Of a stretch of DNA of 64,000 nucleotides, positions 63,850 to 64,000 are shown piece after piece. Origin of the DNA: Rhina ancylostomus. Lineage: Eukaryota. A program made the position numbers and the translations under genes. The notes below the pieces were generated by a model. The model made no database searches. It was not told the DNA's origin and worked only from the letters and a program-made list of their open reading frames with translations. The DNA lies in contig JARFYF010000104.1 of NCBI GenBank assembly GCA_030265395.1, positions 78,642,648 to 78,706,647 on the forward strand, written 5' to 3'. The stretch's first letter is position 1. Each line of letters starts with the position of its first letter.

Positions 63850-64000
63850 CAAGATTAGCACTTATTGCTTATTTTTAATGCCCTTGAGAAGATGGCGGTG
63901 AAGTGCATCCTCGAATCATTTATGGCCTTCTGGTGAAGGTACTCCTATAACACAGTGGAATAGGGAGTTTCTGAATTCAGACCCAGTGACAACGGAACAA
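63850..64000 (-). mobile_element. 3' end of family-B LINE (continues beyond window)
   Basis: agcacttattgc..taatgcccttgagaagatggcggtg..ccttctggtgaaggtactcc..agggagtttctgaattcagacccag, as at 11460-11610. Confidence 0.8.

Noticed and set aside
1-64000. CRISPR array, operon or other prokaryotic system
   Set aside because: No regularly spaced direct repeats or dense ORFs; the sequence is eukaryotic and retroelement-rich.

Overview
AT-rich, CpG-depleted vertebrate DNA from a draft assembly with nine N-gaps (3101-3675, 17799-17898, 26298-26318, 28609-28706, 34492-34912, 41553-41652, 52779-52878, 55959-56036, 62162-62261). The repeats (CR1/HER1-type LINEs, Rex1/Babar LINEs, a second CR1/L2-group LINE, V-SINEs, Deu-domain SINEs, Penelope-derived short repeats) point to a cartilaginous fish, probably a ray/skate relative (inference). 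I find no intact, recognisable host gene, so this looks like a large intron or gene desert. Nearly all listed ORFs are decayed retroelement fragments, antisense shadows or N-gap artefacts. The most notable items are: (1) a dispersed family of Penelope-derived fold-back elements carrying minimal hammerhead-ribozyme motifs; (2) a compact, decayed multi-exon gene at 45.1-46.2 kb that reads as signal peptide + Ig-like domain + hydrophobic segment; (3) a perfect 34-bp inverted repeat, probably from a template switch; (4) two copies of an LTR with TG...TA ends and 5-bp TSDs; (5) SINE head/tail swapping between LINE partners; (6) repeat-poor enhancer-like blocks, one with a perfect DR3 element. Family assignments rest on motif recognition, not database searches. 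Repeat boundaries are approximate (tens of bp) unless a TSD or splice site is given.
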